Shown here: positions 61,392 to 64,000 of the stretch, in pieces
Position numbering within the stretch: the stretch's first letter is position 1
How the letters are laid out: every line of letters starts with the position of its first letter
DNA from: Podarcis gaigeae
Lineage: Eukaryota
Length of the DNA stretch: 64,000 bases
Assembly (NCBI GenBank): GCA_964106915.2
Contig: OZ066917.1
Direction: 5' to 3' (one strand)
Notes under the pieces: model-generated
What the model was told of the DNA's origin: nothing
Seen by the model: the letters and a program-made list of their open reading frames with translations, nothing else
Databases searched by the model: none
Made by a program: the position numbers and the translations under genes

Positions 61392-62259
61392 CCTTTCTCC
61401 AACCATAGTTAATGTTTTATCCTTAGGTGGGGCACACTGTACTCTACTGGCATGGTTGGGGCAAGGCAGGGGGAGATTAGTGTGGTGCAAACACACCAGT
61501 AGAGTCAATCTACTCCATCTGCCAATACATTTGCACTGCGCCAATATGCTTGCTGCCTTGCCGCCCACTCCCTCCTGGTAACCAATAGCAGCCCTCCTTC
61601 CAGAAACCCAGTGTGGCAGCTCCATTCCATTGAATGAGCCGCTTCTGGTCCTTACGAATTCTAAGCAGTAACCTCAGGTGTTAAGGCCATCACATACAGT
61701 ACTTCCCAAAATTTCACAGGACTAGGGAAGAAAAGGTACAGAAGCCTGTCCTTTCATCTTCCAGATGCTCGGGATGTTTGAGTTTATTCCAGGTCATCTT
61801 TTTCTTCATTTAATGGCTGATGTCCAAAGTGGTTGCCATGAAAACAGCTGCCAGGGCAATCTTTCTGACTCAACTATTTTGAATAAAAAGGCACATTTTT
61901 TGGTATGTTTTTGGGGAAGATTTGTTGCTTACATGGCTTCCCCCCCTTTAAAGCACGCCTTGCAAATATTAAATTATTCATTGGGAAATGAAATTTTGCA
62001 TCTCCTTCACTCTCCACTACACTTCAGGTGGTTACATGTGATGTTCTAATTAGAACTGATCCCCATCAGAATGTGTGGGTGGGAATGTACATCAAAGCTC
62101 CTCCAGAATCAGTCTTTTCTTTGCCACCTCCGGACCTGCGCCAAGTTTACTGTGCAGCTTCTGCAGTAGCCCCGACTACAAAAATAACATTGAAAGTTCC
62201 GTCGCACCATGGATTTGTTGCATGCTTTCTGTATTTCGTTTTGCTAAGAACCCTGAGAT

Positions 62260-62396
62260 CATACCCTCCAACATTTCTCTGATGAAAATAGGGATGTCCT
62301 AAAAACAAGAGGGACATTCTGGGATCAAATCAGAAACCAGGGTGGCTTCTGTAAATCCGAGTCTGTCCTGGAAAACAGGGGCACTTGGAAGGTCTG
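62260..62396. mobile_element. hAT-like MITE
   Basis: cataccctccaa ... ttggaaggtctg termini; no TSD seen. Confidence 0.6.
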
Positions 62397-62896
62397 TGAT
62401 GTGGGATTCATGAACTTCCTGCCCTGGGAGAATACCATTCCCCATCTTGAAGGGAAAAGCTGGTTTGCCAGAACCTCCTCCCCAGAGGAAAATGAGAGTT
62501 GGGTCTTCCAGGGGAGGACTGTGACATAGCATGTGAGTGCTTTGCCCAGTGGGGAAGAGAAGGAGACCAGGCTATTTAAGTCGACTCTGCCCCACACTCT
62601 TCCCTCTTTTTCTTTTGGCCCCTACACTTCTGCCCATTTCTGTGTGAGCTTTCCTACTTGCTCTTTTGGGGGACCAGGTAGATTTCTTTTTTAGGGGGGG
62701 GCCTGATTGGCCCTTAGTACTCCTCCCCTCCCCTTCTACTCCATACTATTGGGTGTTGTCTGTGTAACTGGAGCATTTCTAGGTCTGTGTCCTTTTTACA
62801 TATTTTTGCTCATAATTTTGTGCTCCATTAACCAGTGGGTTTATTAAAAGAAAAATCCTTCCCCTGAACTCATCCATCCCATGGATCATTTTCACA
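62395..62896 (+). mobile_element. Candidate solo LTR
   Basis: tgtga...tcaca inverted termini, tatttaag near 62573, attaaa near 62843; no TSD found. Confidence 0.45.
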
Positions 62897-63689
62897 TGAA
62901 GTGTCAATCATCTGACAGCACAGTGGTGTCAGGTGACCAAAATATTCTTCCCTTGTGGGTGCAGAAGAATATCCTTCACAACTGTGGCTTGGATGCAAGC
63001 CAGCAATTCAAAGGAAGAATGGGGAGCACACTCTAAATGCACTTCTGATTTTTCCTTTCCATTAAATAGCTGTTGTCATTTTAATTATGCAAATCAGTTC
63101 TTGGAGACTTCTAACTAAATAGGTGCTCAGGAATAGTGCTACCTTTGGAGTGAGATTTAACCACCTAATAACTGACTAGTGTGTGTTTTAAAAGTCAGGT
63201 TCCTTGTATAGATGGAAATAAAATGTTAGGCAGTTCAAGATACTTATGAACAGTGTATTCATAAAAATAAAAGACTCTGGAAGGTGAATGTGAAATAAAA
63301 GCATTGCAAAATGTTAATATGTACTTAGTACGTTGGTGCTTTTATAGAATTGCATTATTTGCCAGAAGCAGGAGACAAACAGGAGTAAAGAGCCATAAAG
63401 GCAAACTCATTCCCCAACAAAAGCTTTGATAAGTCAAGGGAACAGTCAACTGATTATGTCTTGGTTGACTTGAACTTTGAGAACTATATATACCCAAAGT
63501 ACTTTATACTGAAAGGTATTGGAAGGCTTCAGTAGAGAGAAATATTTAATAGCAAAGCCTGTTGATAAATTGGAAATGATAGATCCCTTCCAACCATGAT
63601 TGATCAAATGATCAGTAACTTCATAGAAGCAAAATGGAGGGCAGACCTGGGGAAATCATTCCCTTTGGGGGGTCCAGAAAGAGCTGGTA

Positions 63690-63904
63690 CAGTGGTACCT
63701 CGGGTTACAGACGCTTCAAGTTACACACTCCGCTAACCCAGAAATAGTATGTTGGGTTAAGAACTTTGCTTCAGGATGAGAACAGAAATCGCACGGTGGC
63801 AGCGGGAGGTCCCATTAGCTAAAGTGGTACCTCAGGTTAAGAGCAGTTTCAGGTTAAGAATGGACTTCCAGAACGAATTAAGTTCTTAACCCGAGGTACC
63901 ACTG
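63690..63904. mobile_element. Tc1/mariner-pogo (Tigger-like) MITE
   Basis: TA|cagtggtacctcgggtta ... taacccgaggtaccactg|TA, perfect 18-bp TIR. Confidence 0.93.
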
Positions 63905-64000
63905 TATTTTGATCTTATGTCCGTGATATGCCCTCTTCTATTCTTCTTACCATGTTGGAACTGTACACAGTCGACAGACTGTCGTACACAGCAGCAGGCT

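Larger units (their letters stand above)
1..64000 (+). other. GABRG3: Portion of the GABRG3 transcription unit (end of intron 3, exon 4, intron 4, exon 5, start of intron 5)
   Basis: Two consecutive in-phase exons found. No upstream or downstream GABRG3 exon was recognised in the window, consistent with the very large introns 3 and 5 of this gene in other vertebrates. Exon numbering is by analogy to mammals. Confidence 0.8.

Noticed and set aside
1-64000. Most 60-190 aa ORFs in the six-frame track, including 24478-25062 (194 aa), 36280-36777 and 19481-19927
   Set aside because: No recognisable domains or splice context; they overlap LTRs, SINEs or random intron sequence.

Overview
Vertebrate genomic DNA from a squamate, probably a lacertid lizard (Sauria/Squam1 SINEs, Bov-B, Squam2/Squam3-type SINEs). 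The window appears to lie entirely inside the + strand GABA-A receptor gamma-3 gene (GABRG3). Only two coding exons are present: 35828-36051 (224 bp, one codon longer than the recalled mammalian exon 4) and 39667-39749 (83 bp, Cys-loop exon 5). The rest is intronic and rich in repeats (Bov-B, L1, L2, CR1, SINEs, solo LTRs, hAT and Tc1/pogo MITEs, microsatellites, one 147-N gap). The most notable items are: (i) a pyruvate kinase M retrocopy that is spliced over exons 6-8, then runs into a GTGAGT donor and intron-like sequence, and splits a palindromic MITE; (ii) three short TSD-flanked Penelope-type insertions, one with a complete minimal hammerhead ribozyme on the minus strand and one forming a 150-bp spacerless palindrome upstream of exon 4; (iii) an L1 inserted into another L1 at the homologous codon, in frame, and a Bov-B fused in frame into an L2; (iv) a SINE whose tRNA-Ile head has a GAT anticodon, possibly a reverse-transcribed inosine. 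No prokaryote-type systems (CRISPR, operons) are present. Family names and reference-protein comparisons are from recall, not from database searches.
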